Below are positions 52,035-64,000 of a stretch of 64,000 bases of DNA, piece by piece. Both the position numbers and the translations under genes were made by a program. Source of the DNA: Octopus bimaculoides (lineage: Eukaryota); assembly GCF_001194135.2 (NCBI RefSeq), contig NC_068983.1:59478508-59542507 (forward strand), read 5' to 3'. Numbering within the stretch: the stretch's first letter is position 1; every line of letters starts with the position of its first letter. The notes under the pieces are model-generated. The model was not told the origin of the DNA. It saw only the letters and a list, made by a program, of their open reading frames with translations, and searched no databases.

Positions 52035-52052
52035 TAATAATAATAATAATAA
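51993..52052. repeat. (AAT)n microsatellite, probably the tail of a minus-strand LINE 3' fragment (52055-52140)
   Basis: Directly visible; adjacent minus-strand motif GCCCTTGTGGCCAATAAA. Confidence 0.9.
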
Positions 52053-52184
52053 TTAATTCTGTTTTATTGGCCACAAGGGCTAATATAAATCAAAAACATG
52101 TAAGGACAAAAAACAGGACGACAGTTACAAAGGGTTTTGTCTGAAAGTTAGAAAAAACACTTTGTAACCCTTTGTAATAATAAT

Positions 52185-52544
52185 AACAAGAGCACTCAGA
52201 GAGCGCAACACCAACAACTCTCTCAAAGATTAGCTAGAGATTATTTTTAAAATGAGAATGTCTGAAATAAACTTGATTGCTTTTACAAACGAGTATACTA
52301 AAAGTAAACCCGACTACTCTCAAAAATTAAGTAAAAAAAAAAAACAGGAAAAATAATCCAGAATCCTTGTCCAGAACCGTATTGATCCCAAAATCTAATC
52401 AGTTCGTGCCAGTCACAAGGCCAAACATCCCTGAAAGTTTCATCTGAATCCATTCAGCGGTTCTTGAGATATCTTGTCCATGGACAAACAAACAAACACG
52501 GCTGAAAACAATACCTCCGCCTTTGCTAGGGCGTAGGTTATAAT
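52185..52544 (+). mobile_element. Helentron/HINE-like non-autonomous element
   Basis: Starts AACAAGAGCAC in a T/A context; ends with a 3' hairpin ACCTCCGCC-TTTGCTAG-GGCGTAGGT followed by TATAAT. Confidence 0.45.
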
Positions 52545-52715
52545 CCTTTCCACTGAAGGCACAATGCCTTGAAATTTTGGGGGAGGGGACTAGTCGATTA
52601 CATCGACCCCCAGTGTTTCACTGGCACTTAATTTATCGACCCCCGAAAGGATGAAAGGCAAAGTTGTCCTTAGCGGAATTTGAACTCAGAACGTAGCAGC
52701 AGACAAAATACTGTT
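52545..52715 (-). mobile_element. SINE family A copy (CpG retained)
   Basis: Reverse complement of family A. Confidence 0.85.
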
Positions 52716-52976
52716 AATAATAATGATGAAACAGTGCAGCAATTAAGACTTTCAGAAACATTATTAAATGCTCAGGATTGGCGAAGTATGGAATAAACGG
52801 TAAATTGGTGGTAAAAAAAATTACCGAATAAACTTACATATATGTTTTTAACTACCAGGATACTTCGTCCTTCAAAACTTTCATGCTTCCCAAAATTGGC
52901 CAACACTATTCTCGATGTGCGTATGGGGTGACCACAGATCCGGGGAAGGAAATACTTAAGTACAAGGTGAGTTTTT

Positions 52977-53070
52977 GGATCTTTCTGATTTGACGGGCAC
53001 CACTTGTTTTCTAAACGAAACACTTTCAAACTTGGGATACTGGTAGAATGTGTCATATAAAATATCTTTT
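52977..53070 (-). mobile_element. terminal fragment related to the GGATC-terminal MITE
   Basis: GGATCT...GGGCACCAC...CGAAACACTTTCAAACTTGGGATACTGGTAGAATGTGTCATATAAAATATCTTTT matches the reverse complement of 46600-46707. Confidence 0.7.
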
Positions 53071-54574
53071 TTTCCGGGGTTTTTTCCCCCACCTTTTTTG
53101 CGAGTGTAAACCACACCACGGAAAGTTTTTGCGTCCCTTCTGATAATACAACCTTTTTTCATATATTATGAAACATGCTGAAGGTCTAGCTGTGACAATT
53201 GAAAAAAAGAAACCTTGTAATCTGACAATGTTTTAACGCTGCTATTTTAGCCGGGGAAAAATAGAGAGGGACTAGAAAAGCAAACAATGAAGGAAATTAT
53301 ATTTTCAATAGTCAATAGATCAAGTTACCTGAATAAATAACATTTTTTTTTATTCGCGGCAACATGGTGATGTGCCTGTGTGCGTGCGTGTGGTCTCATA
53401 GCTATTTCCTAATCACAAATAACATTCACTAAGATACCCCGATGCTCCTTACAATCTAATAACAAAGTATGATTTTCATCTCTTTCAAGAGAAGACTATT
53501 ATTCCTTGTGGAAATAAATGTATTCGTATATTTAGATACAATCTCCTTAGCTTACCCAAGTCAACATTCAAAGACGAAATAGATATAAATTCACTATTGA
53601 TTCTTATTGGCCGAACAATTTATTTCCCTGACTACCTGATGCTCTGCAAACCCTAAAATTCTTTACTTTTAATTAATCTTCACTTAGTCCACATACTGCT
53701 ACTAATTCGTGTATAGATTAAAAAGAAAAAAAAAACTCTGCTCTCATTCTTTCGTACAATAACCCATACACACATCTGCAGGGTTTTAAAAAAAATGCGA
53801 AACTGTAATGCATGATCCAGCTATCAATTCATCTTGCCTATACAGTTTCTTTTATGTTCACTTTTTCTATTCATTCTGTGAATGGACACACTCACGATGC
53901 TCGCTTTTGGCGTTGTTTTTTGTTGAATATATGTATCTAATGGTTAAAACAATCTTCCATAAAAATAACATTGGTTTGAATAGATAAGTAGCCAACCTCC
54001 TGATGCTAAACTCTTCATGTAAGACGGCGAGCTAGAAGAATCGTTAGCACGCCGCGTAAAATGCCTAACGGAATTTTGTCCGTCTTCATGTTCTGAGTTC
54101 AAATTCCCCTGTGGTCTATTCTGCCTTTGTATCTTTTCGAGGCAGATAAAATAAGAACCGGCTGAGTACTGGGGTTGACTTAACCTTTCCCAGAAATTGC
54201 TGGCCGTGTTCCAGAATTTGAAACCAATATAGAAAGATATGCAACTTCATAACTTCCGGCATTGTGTATGCGTTAAAACTGTTTGTAACTCTTTTTTTGT
54301 CTTCCAAAGTATGTCTTAGCAATCAAGGTAGATGCTGATGGGATTGATTTTTCTCAGCAATTTAGTCAGAAAAAATAAAATTCCTCTTTCCTTCTTTCAG
54401 TGCTTCTCTCTCTTTCTCTTTACTTAATTTTTATGTTTTGCATACAACTAATATATAATGTATTTAGTCATTAATCTTAATACTCTTAGTATATTGTGTA
54501 CTCAGTAATAAATACGATGTTAAATTATTGTTTTAGCAGTGTGACCTCGGAAGAAAGTTGCTCGTACTTTGCTC

Positions 54575-54780
54575 CGCTGGCAGAAACATTAGCACGCCGG
54601 GCGAAATTCTTAGCAGTATTTTGTCTGTCTTTACGTTCTGAATTCAAATTCTGCCGAGGTCAACTTTACCTTTCATCCTTTCGAGGTCGATAAATTAAGT
54701 ACCAGTTGCGTACTGAAGTCGATCTAATCGACTGACACCTCCCCAAAAATTTCGGGCCTTGTGCCTAGAGTAGAAAAGAA
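54575..54780 (+). mobile_element. SINE family A, young or CpG-retaining copy (second copy at 54020-54230)
   Basis: GCTGGCAGAAACATTAGCACGCCGGGCG...TTCATCCTTTCGAGGTCGATAAA...GGGCCTTGTGCCTAGAGTAGAAAAG. Confidence 0.88.
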
Positions 54781-55039
54781 TTTATAGCTACCGTTTTTGA
54801 AAGGGAAAATGACATGTATAATATGTAAGTTTTCAAGATACACTACGCTTGAATAAAAGACGAGAAGGCCACATCTATAACGCCTCTGGTCATAAATCTA
54901 CTGAATCAGAATTGACAGAGAGCTGAAGAACAAGTTAACCTTTACGCAGTCGACAGAATAGCTAGAAATGACAACCAGTTATCTCTCAAAACACAGGCTA
55001 AAAGAGATATAAATTCACTGGATAATGCAGTGTTTTATT

Positions 55040-55214
55040 CAGGGGCGTAATCAGGTTCTAAAGTTAGGGGGAGTAAGCACGTAAAAAAGAAGCGCTGTGA
55101 CACAACAATTTATAACTCCCCTAAACATTTTGCAAAAAGGAGCCAATTTTGAAAAATCTGCTCGGAGGTGGGGTAGCTGTCTCTCCCCTTGTTCTCCTAT
55201 AAGCTATGCCACTG
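55040..55214. mobile_element. short hAT-type MITE
   Basis: Ends CAGGGGCGTA / TATGCCACTG; 8-bp TSD GTTTTATT / GTTGTATT (7/8). Confidence 0.7.
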
Positions 55215-56618
55215 GTTGTATTGCAATCTAGGACAAGAGAGGCGGGGATAGTTATGGCTGGAACCAGGGCATCCGAGAGAAATTTCATTTAAAAAACCCT
55301 CAGGCGATCGATCAAGCCTTGACACGGAAAGGATTTTAAATAGCCTTGAGACATTTTTTCTTAATATATATTTTAATCTATTTTAGCATCCATGGCCCTC
55401 CAGGTCCTAGACAACTGTGCTGGTTGAATCCCACTCTGTTGTGTAGGCGCTGACTTGAACACATTTTATATTTTGCTTGTTCAGTGTTGACCGGGGGCTA
55501 AACAACAACTAAGATTTCTGTAAATCTGTTGCTCCACTGTTTATTCAACTCGATTTCATTCGTGTTTCATCGATTGTTCCAGTTTGGCACTCTGCCGCAA
55601 ATGGATGGGGGGTGTAGGCAACTGCGATACTTCACCGATACTTTGATCACTTATTGATTGTCGAAAGGAGGGTGAAAGGCGAAATCGACCTCAATGAGAT
55701 TTATTGTTATAAATAGCAATTTCTTCCTGAGGTGAATAATCAAAGTGTGTGTGTGTGTAATGGTACAGTTTGTTGATCCACCTGACCTCATATTACTGCA
55801 GGAGAGAATGACCCAACGAGGAAAGAATCTCTTTAGCTGCACGACCTGTTAGAAATAGTACTCAATTTTTTCCAGTCACACCCTACTGTTAATAAAAGAT
55901 ACGAATCCACGAAAGAGCTTCTACGTGGTCACTTGACCTGCTAGAAGAAGCTACTAAATCTTCCTCAAATCATACTTATTGTCTTAATAGAAGGTAGGAA
56001 GGAACAGTTGGTAATGTAGTTTCTGAAATGCAATACTAAGGAATAATCATAGCTGTAACACCTTTGTTCATGGGTTTGCTTTGATCGAGGCTAGCCGATG
56101 AAACGTTATTGAATAATGCATACCTAGTTACATTGTGTTACACAAAAAAGGCGTGGAGATTATGGGTGGAACGTCTTCGATCTTACAAACGTTGGCCAAT
56201 GATAAGCTGTGAGAATTGCAAAGGGCTCGAATAAATTGCCATGTTTAATGAAATTAAGCTGGTTTTCTCTTTGTTTGTGTCCAATTTCATGGTGAAAAAT
56301 GCAGAAATTTTGTGATTGCAAACTTTATCATTTTTCGTCATTAATGGGCGTAACCCCAAATTTCCTTAATATTCAAACGCAGCATAATATTTCTCACAGA
56401 CCCGTTAGCCTGTACCACACTCCAATAGAGACAAAGAGAGTAATATATGAAAATGAAATTTTGATAAACAAATTAGGTGTGAGTAATGATGAGTATGAAT
56501 TACCGACTTCTCTTTCTCTTACAATCTTAAAGAACAATTATTATTGCTATTCCATCGTATCCGACAATGAAGTCAGTACCTTGCTTAACATCCGGTTGCT
56601 GCTTTTCGTGATTGCAAC

Positions 56619-56831
56619 TCATGTTGATCTCTTTGTTTCTCTCGAAAGATTGTCGCATTTTTCAGTTTTTCCTTCCATAGCTTTCAACTTCCCGCTTGCT
56701 ATGTTCACTTCCGAATATTGTTTGGATCGTGCTTTCAGTATGGCTTTATAGTGAAAGCCTTGGGGCACCCCACGTCTGCGTGATGCAAACGCCAACTTGC
56801 CATGCACAATGTCCCTTTGGCTGATGTTCAC
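56619..56831 (-). pseudogene. degraded RTE-like LINE ORF2 C-terminal fragment
   Basis: HGKLAFASRRRGVPQGFHYKAILK resembles the RTE motif YGEL..G.R.RG.P..RYKD.LK. Confidence 0.45.
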
Positions 56832-57012
56832 TGCACGCTACACCTGCTAGTTCCCCACCTCTGTCATTCCAGTTACTCAGTCAAATCAAAGATAAATCCT
56901 GTGAAAATAATAAAATCTCTTATTGAAGACAATTACCTTTTAGATCTATTAGTTTTAGAAATTATTTCACTTTATTCATTCATTCACCCATCCATCTATT
57001 CATAATATAGTT

Positions 57013-57056
<44 letters not shown>

Positions 57057-57690
57057 CGGAATCAAAAATGTTTTTCATTTCGCTTTATCAGGCAAAACGG
57101 TTGAAAAGCATAACTTCTGAACAATTGTTTTGTTTTTGTTTTTTTGTTTTTTGCTTTGTTTGTCGTTCATTTTTGTAATTTTTAAAAAATTTCCCTTCGT
57201 GTAAAATTTAAATAAATCAAGATTGCCGAATAATGATTCTAAAATGTCATGTTGCTTTAGTAGCAATTAAGTCTTATGTTATGGGGGCTAAACACGATAT
57301 AAACCGATAAAAACAACCCTAGCCTGTCAAACGAATATTAAGCTTCAATACAATATAATTCAATAAAGAGTCTTTTCCTCTCTGGTGTGAAAGGCAACAG
57401 TACATGAGAACTGTAGTAAATCGTTTTAAGTTAACTCACAGTAAACAAATAAAGAAATCCCTCTGAAACCTTGCCAAAATAAACCTGAGGTAATAATTAT
57501 AATTTTTACTTCATTAAAACAGTTTGTATATGCGGTGCGCGTGCTGTGTATGCATGTGTGTGTGTTTTAGCTTAAATCAATAAACTATATGTATATATGT
57601 ATGCATATATATACATACATACATACATACATATGTGCTATTCAGCACCCTCAATCACAATTAGTGACGATTAAATTTATCCTATATATG

Positions 57691-57742
<52 letters not shown>

Positions 57743-58164
57743 CGGTTGTTCCCATCAGTTTAACATCCACGTTTCTATGCTTTCATGGAGCAGACAGAAT
57801 TCGTTGGAACAGATTTCCTACAGATCTAGATTTTGCTAGCTATGTCGCACTTTTGCTGTTTATATACTTAACTACACCATATCCAATTATCTAATTCGAA
57901 CAATTAAAGCTAATTAGAAGCTAATCTAAATCTTGCTAGTTATGTAGTACTTCTGTTGTTTGTAGTAATTAACTAACATTTTCACAAGCTTAATATCTTA
58001 CTGGAACAAGGTGAGCAGTGGCTTCGTCAGAATAGCTCTGCAATATTGATTACAAGAAACATATGAATGTGGTAACTAGGTGTGTTCAGCCACCAGCCCA
58101 GGCTCCGCTGCTCATCAGACTGAGAAAGCAAACTGTCAAAGTATCAGGCACACTGTTAGGTTTT

Positions 58165-58320
58165 GGTTGAACCTGTGGCATTGGAGACTTCCGGATCATA
58201 TCCCTACTCACCGCCATTGGGGTGAAGATGGCCATCTGCAAGTGCGAGCCCCATCAATCAGATTAGCAATTCCAGCACATCTCCCTCACCATTCTCCAGA
58301 GCAATGCTTTTTCCATTTTG
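58165..58320 (+). pseudogene. degraded LINE RT N-terminal fragment
   Basis: Frameshifted GDFRIISLLTAIG.KM... and RL...PEQCFF resemble the YRPISLL...GK...RL...PESQCGF motifs. Confidence 0.4.
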
Positions 58321-58643
58321 TCTACTGGAACCATGCAGTGATTTGAATTACAGGAAATCGAGAGTATGTAAAAATTTTGTAGCTTTACTATGTGAACAAT
58401 AGACTTATAGAAACTTAATAATTTGTATGTTGACCCACAGGAAAGATGAAATAATCGATGTGGTACCGATTTAAAACAGTCAGTTTTAAATAAACTTTAA
58501 AAAAAGAAAATACTGAAATCAATATGGTCAACCAGAAAGAAATCGCAGACTATTTTTTGACAAACCTAGCCTATGGAACTTTAGTGTGGTCACTTGACTC
58601 ACTAGAAATAGCAGGCGACTCTGCTTCAATTCACACCCAACAG

Positions 58644-59030
58644 CAGAGCTTCTCATCATGGGCAGTACTGGGCATGTTGAAGGGGATGGTGAGGTAACAT
58701 AATTAACATATTAAATTTTACCTATTGTGGCAATTATATTATACAAAATAAAATTAGTAATGCTTATTAAAATAAAATGAGGCACAGGGACAGCCACAGG
58801 GAGATCATTAACTTGCAATGGATAAAATTTACAACTTTTGTCTTTATTAATTTATCATTTCACTGCTAAAAGCTTATACAATCCATTTTAGACTAAAATT
58901 TATAAACTGTCATCTATGTTATGTTAAGTTAATTTAGTCATGATACTTCACTTGCTATGTAGGTGGGTTTTAGGTATAATAACTACTCAAAGGGAGGGGT
59001 GCTGCAAAATTAAAAGGTTAAGAACCACTG
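58644..59030. mobile_element. hAT (Charlie-like) MITE, old
   Basis: CAGAGCTTCTCA ... TTAAGAACCACTG; TSD CCCAACAG / CCCTACTG (6/8). Confidence 0.6.
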
Positions 59031-60310
59031 CCCTACTGCCTTATAAAGCGACACTATTGCTCAAATGCTTGATTGATAGCTGACCTTGAGTTAATGACAG
59101 CAATAATAATAATACAAAAGAGGGCAGCGAACTGGCAGAATCATTAGCACACCGGGCAAAATGCTTACCAGTATTTCGTCTGCCGGAGATTCAGCATGAC
59201 ACAGAGTGTGACAAGGCTGGCTCTTTGAAATACAGGTGCTACTCATTTTTGCCAGCTGTGTGGACTGGAGCAATGTGAAATAAAGTATCTTGTTGAAGAA
59301 CATAACACATCACCAGGAATTGAACACACAACCTTGTGATCATTGGTCATATACATTGATATATGCACTATGAATATTTAAAGACAGCAATAATTTTGAA
59401 GTTTTAGTATTAATCCTTTTATCATTATATTCTTACCGAAACACTGATCTTAGTTTGATTAATTTTTTAAATAATAAAGAATTCAGTAAAACAACTTATT
59501 AGGCTGATCCTTGGAATATAAATTAACATGTAATTTAGATGGTTTGAATTTATATCACTTTAAAACAGAAAGCTTATACCATAAAACAAGTCGTAGTCTT
59601 AGGCGAATTAGTATCAAAAGGGTTAAAGAGTAAAAATGACAACAAATTTAGATATTTTAAATTCATATTTGAAGTATGTTTTTTCTAAAGACATCAAGCT
59701 GAATTTATAACATGACAACATATCAAGAATATTCAATAATTCTCTTTTAATTTTATCAGTTGTGATAAGCTTTTTGTTTTTTTGCATATTATTTTGTATT
59801 TTTGAAGAATTTTTCTATTAACCTGTTTTCCTTTTTCTTTTGCAATATATTTGACGTGGCAGCTTATCACTCTTTGTATATTTTGTCCTTCTCTTGCTGT
59901 TAACCCATGTGATACCAATCTGTCTGAGACTGCCTCTGGTCTTACAATACAAACTTCTGTTTTAAAGCTATCTAAATTAAAACCTTCCTTTAAAATATCA
60001 TGTTAATTTGTGTTTCAAATACCAGCTTAATAATGACAAAGTTATTTTACTAGATTCTTCATTATTTTCAAAATATATTGAAATAAAGACTGTATTTCAT
60101 AAGGAATATGGTAATGAAAGGGTTAAGCAACTGTTTATTTCTGACCAAAATTGAAGATTTGCTTACTAAGCTTAACAATGCTCTAATTTTAGTAATATTA
60201 GGCTTTAAATGTTGTTAAAAAAGAAAATGAATATTTTGTGGTTCTCTTCTCTTCAAAACTGCTTCATTTCATTCAAAGTTAAATGAGAAAGAAGCAGATT
60301 CATTGGTTTT

Positions 60311-60674
60311 TATTATTATTATTATTCAGTAGTTTTATTTTGATAACGTGCTTTCACTTCACTACCGAGTGCAGCTCTGTGTGCCTTGGGTATGTGCTGT
60401 GATTTGCTGTGATGCTCTTATGGTTACTGTATTGAAAGTGTTTTGCATAGGATGTGTGCAGTGCCCAGTAGTGCAATTTTCTGTATGTTATATATATTTG
60501 TAAGTCCTGGTGTTTTTGTTATGTAGTTGTCTGAATATTTTTTTTTATCATACCTAAGGCACCTCCTATGATAGGAATTGTTTCTGTTTTTAGATTCCAC
60601 ATTCGAGTTACCTCTATTTCCAGGTCTTTGTATTTTGAAAGTTTCTCCATTTCTTTTAGGGAAACATTGTAGAC
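60311..60674 (-). mobile_element. 3' fragment of an R4/Dong-like (restriction-like endonuclease) LINE with (AAT)n tail
   Basis: VSLKEMEKLSKYKDLEIEVTRMWNLKTETIPIIGGALGMIKK / YSDNYITKTPGLTNIYNIQKIALLGTAHILCKTLSIQ*, with a 1-bp frameshift in an A run. Confidence 0.88.
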
Positions 60675-60699
60675 CTAAGTGTAGACCTGTAAGTTGGAG

Positions 60700-60942
60700 A
60701 GAAGGAATTGGAGAGGGCTTCAGGGAAATCTTGGTCAGTGGGGCTCCTCAATAGAGGGCCACATCTCTGCCATCCTCTCTATCATTCCCTTTGTATGCTA
60801 TGCATATGTCTCTTCTTTTCCAGTGTATACCGAGTATACTTTTTTGCCTTTATCATTTCATTGTTACATGTAAACCTCCACACTTTATATCTGTCTCTGT
60901 ATTGTCCCCCTCATCCTTCGCCCTTGTGGCAAATAAATGAAA

Positions 60943-60979
<37 letters not shown>

Positions 60980-60992
60980 CATTATTATTATG
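60700..60992 (+). mobile_element. 3' UTR fragment of a LINE ending GCCCTTGTGGCAAATAAA plus (ATT)n
   Basis: Pyrimidine-rich UTR, AATAAA and a simple-repeat tail; motif shared with 10786 and 52063. Confidence 0.5.
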
Positions 60993-61492
60993 GTCAATAT
61001 TTATTTCATGAAATACCTTAATGAAACTAACATCATTATCATATTTCTTCTCAATAATTCAAAAATAAAGAAATGAATATTCAAAATCTTATCTAATTTT
61101 CATGGAGATCATTAATTGTTTTCTTTCCTCTCTTTTAACAAGCATTTCTAAAATTGATATTATTGTAAGAAAATAACTGAAATCTATAACAATTTCTAAA
61201 ATCTCGATAAAATAATAGCCAACATATATGTTGTTTAGTTTGTTGGCTGATCTCTTCCATAATACTATATATGGTATAGAGAGAGGAGAAAAGGGAGAGA
61301 AAGAGATATACAGAGAGAGTTAATATAAGAAGTGCAGGATGGGTGCACATTCTAGGCTTGGAAGCAGGCAATGAGTATACACACACACAGAGTAAGTGAG
61401 AAAAAATCATGGAGACAGAGGAGCAGGAGAGAGTAAATGACAGAGTAGTTGAGGGCAGAGATATACAAATGAGAAATTTGTTTTATTTTTAA

Positions 61493-61712
61493 CCTTTAGC
61501 ATTCAGACTTCTTCATCAAGTGTATTGCCTATTTATTCACATTGGTTTTGAATTAATTACGCATTATCTTGTAGCGTCAAGATTTCAATGGCATGTTTCT
61601 ATATTTTTAGAATGACATTGTAGGGTGGGTGTGAGAGGTTGGATCTGGTCAGTTTTAACATGAAACAGGTAGAACATTTGGGCTGGATTTTATCTGATTA
61701 AATGTTAAAGGG
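61493..61712. mobile_element. piggyBac-like MITE
   Basis: TTAA|CCTTTAGCATTCAG ... TGTTAAAGGG|TTAA; homologous to 40611-40830. Confidence 0.7.
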
Positions 61713-64000
61713 TTAAGGTAGTAAATTTTTTTTTCTTTTGAACATTAGTATTCATGTCATCATTCTGTATAAGCACCAAGAAATTTAATAAAGTTAAATA
61801 TATAATTGTAGTATTGCCATATTTTCTGATATTACCCATGGTGGCAAAAGTGTAGTTCCAAAGTTACCCATCACATGATAGGTAACAATCTAGTTCTTAA
61901 ATACTACTTAACATTTTGAGAAAATATTGCAACCAGCAATAGAATAGTGCTTTTCTATAGCCTCTTTTGAAATTGTCCTGAAATTTCTATTCTATTAAAA
62001 TCTAGTTTAATGTTTACTTATACTTACTGGAACCAGTGTCTGAAGCTTATTTCATTATGTATAACAACAATACTTCAGGTTTCTCTAGATAAAACATAGC
62101 TGTGTTCTTCTACTCTAAAACTGCTTCAAGCAAATATTTACCAAGTTCATCTCCTAAAGCTACAAACGGTAAATATTTATGAAGGAATATTATTCAGATA
62201 AATTTCACACTGTTTTATCTGTTTACTGAAGCCATATTTATACACTTATCTCAGTTTCTGTTTTTATTGTCTTAGATTTTTTTCTTTAGTCGTTTAGATT
62301 TACTTTAAAGACAGCTCTTAGGAACAATTAATGTACTGAACACGCAAAAAAAAAATAAATAATAATAAATAAACCAAAAAATAAAACAACAAAAAGTTCT
62401 CGTAATGCATGGAAACTACTGCAAGAACTATTTATTCTATTAGTCCTCATACTTGTTGCATAAATGAATAAAATTAGAGCCAGAATATCTATAAAACAAA
62501 TAGATTTTTTTATTGTTTCTGTGTCTTATAAAAACCATGGATAAAATCACATCTGCATTATTTGATCAATAGGGTGTTACCTGTTATATGATGGGTGAAT
62601 TTAGAGGTGTACTTTTGCCACCAATGGGTTATGCTAGGAAATATGGCATACAAACAATAACTATAATTCAACTTTTATCAAATTTCTTGGTGCTGGTACA
62701 AAACGACAAAATGAATGTTGATTTTTAAAAGAAAAATACTTGTTACCTTAAAATAAAATTAGATAAAACAAATTTGTCACTAGGCCTAACTCAACATAGA
62801 GCAAATACTCTCATGAGTGATATCCAGCCTACATTGAAGGCATCAAGCCACTAGATTTGGTTAAAAGGAGATGGTAAGAAATGGCTAGAACTATATTGAG
62901 TGAAGCCTAGTAACCACTTGATCTTGCATGGGAACCCTCGTCTCAGTAAGGTAGGGGCCAGTGTGCAGTAATACCGATGAGAGAAAATCCCTAAAACAGC
63001 ACAGATTCTCTCCTGATGACTCCATAAGTCTGCTAGTGTCCAGTATGTGGAGCTTCCAGCTGGCAGCACTTGTACCTTCAAGATTTTTGCAAATAATTTA
63101 TGTTGATTTTCTACTCCATCAAAAACTTATCTCTGCATAATTTCAAGAAAAAAAAAACATGTATTTTTCAGAAAGTTATAACACTCATCCTGCACCTCTT
63201 ATGTCAACTATCTCTGAATCTCTCTTTTTTTTTCTCTCTCTCCCTCTCTTTACACAATGTAAAACACACCTAGAAAAATCAGCCAGCCAACATCTATCTA
63301 TATTGGCATTGTGTCAAAATTTGAAACCAATATTAAATAGAGCTAACTATCTTGGCTGTTGCTTATACTAATTCTTTTCTGTTCCTTGAGCCAACTGGTC
63401 AGTCATATCCACCTTGTTTGTCAATCATTATTCCTCAATCTTAGTTAAAGGCAATATGACAGAACATCTTGAGTGACTACATAAAAATGAACTCAGTGTC
63501 TGAAGTCAACAGTGTTAGTTATCGATTGTGTGTTATTCTAAAGAAATTTTATGCTAGAGTCTGATATTCATTTTCTTTTTTCTGACAATAATTAATTTAT
63601 GAGTGTCTTAATTACCTTGCAGTGTCTACATATGGATTAAAATGGTTTTTGATTTAGACACAAAGCTAGCAGTTTTCAGAAAAAGGACTTGGTCAGTACC
63701 ATGAATGCCACTTGATAGTATAGACATAATCCCTCCTCTGAAACTCAGAGGAATAAAAGATGTATCAATAAAGTATATTTATAGCAACACTAGGATTGAA
63801 TTTAAAATTAACCCTTTTGATACCAACTGTCTGGTTCTATGATAAAACTTCCTGTTAGTAATATAAATGTAAACCTTCCATTAAAATTTCATGTTAACAT
63901 AGATCCATAGCACCAGCTTAATAGTGGTTTCAAAGTTTGGCACAAGGCCAGCGATTTCAAGGGAGGGGCCAAGTCAAATACGTCTACCCCAGTCCTCAAC

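Noticed and set aside
57965-58035. Minus-strand CTGACGA...GAAA
   Set aside because: Stem I and the base of stem II do not pair, so it is probably chance.
62975-63025. CCGATGA and CTGATGA heptamers
   Set aside because: No correctly spaced GAAA or flanking stems.

Overview
This is an AT-rich, gapped animal genome scaffold, most likely from an octopus. That assignment is inferred from the SINE/LINE repertoire and the (TA)n/(CA)n density. No intact, recognisable host protein-coding gene is visible, and almost every entry in the supplied ORF track is an artefact of microsatellites or N gaps. The window is a mosaic of tRNA-derived SINEs, truncated LINE fragments (CR1/L2-like RT, RTE, R4/Dong-like), non-autonomous DNA transposons (hAT, piggyBac-like, Merlin-like, Helentron-like) and microsatellites. 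The most interesting signal is a set of type I hammerhead ribozyme (HHR) motifs. Four have an intact CUGANGA core, and together they use all four bases at position 7. Further degenerate copies are present. Each sits about 35-175 nt upstream of a (TA)n tract, and most carry a short inverted duplication. This is the architecture expected of Penelope-like or retrozyme-like retroelements that target TA microsatellites. Other notable items are a strong AG|GTAAGT recursive-splice-like site, a 276-bp near-perfect palindrome, a MITE with perfect 28-bp TIRs and an 8-bp TSD that carries telomere-like repeats, a SINE/LINE shared 3' tail, and a CpG-depleted to CpG-retaining transition near 45 kb.
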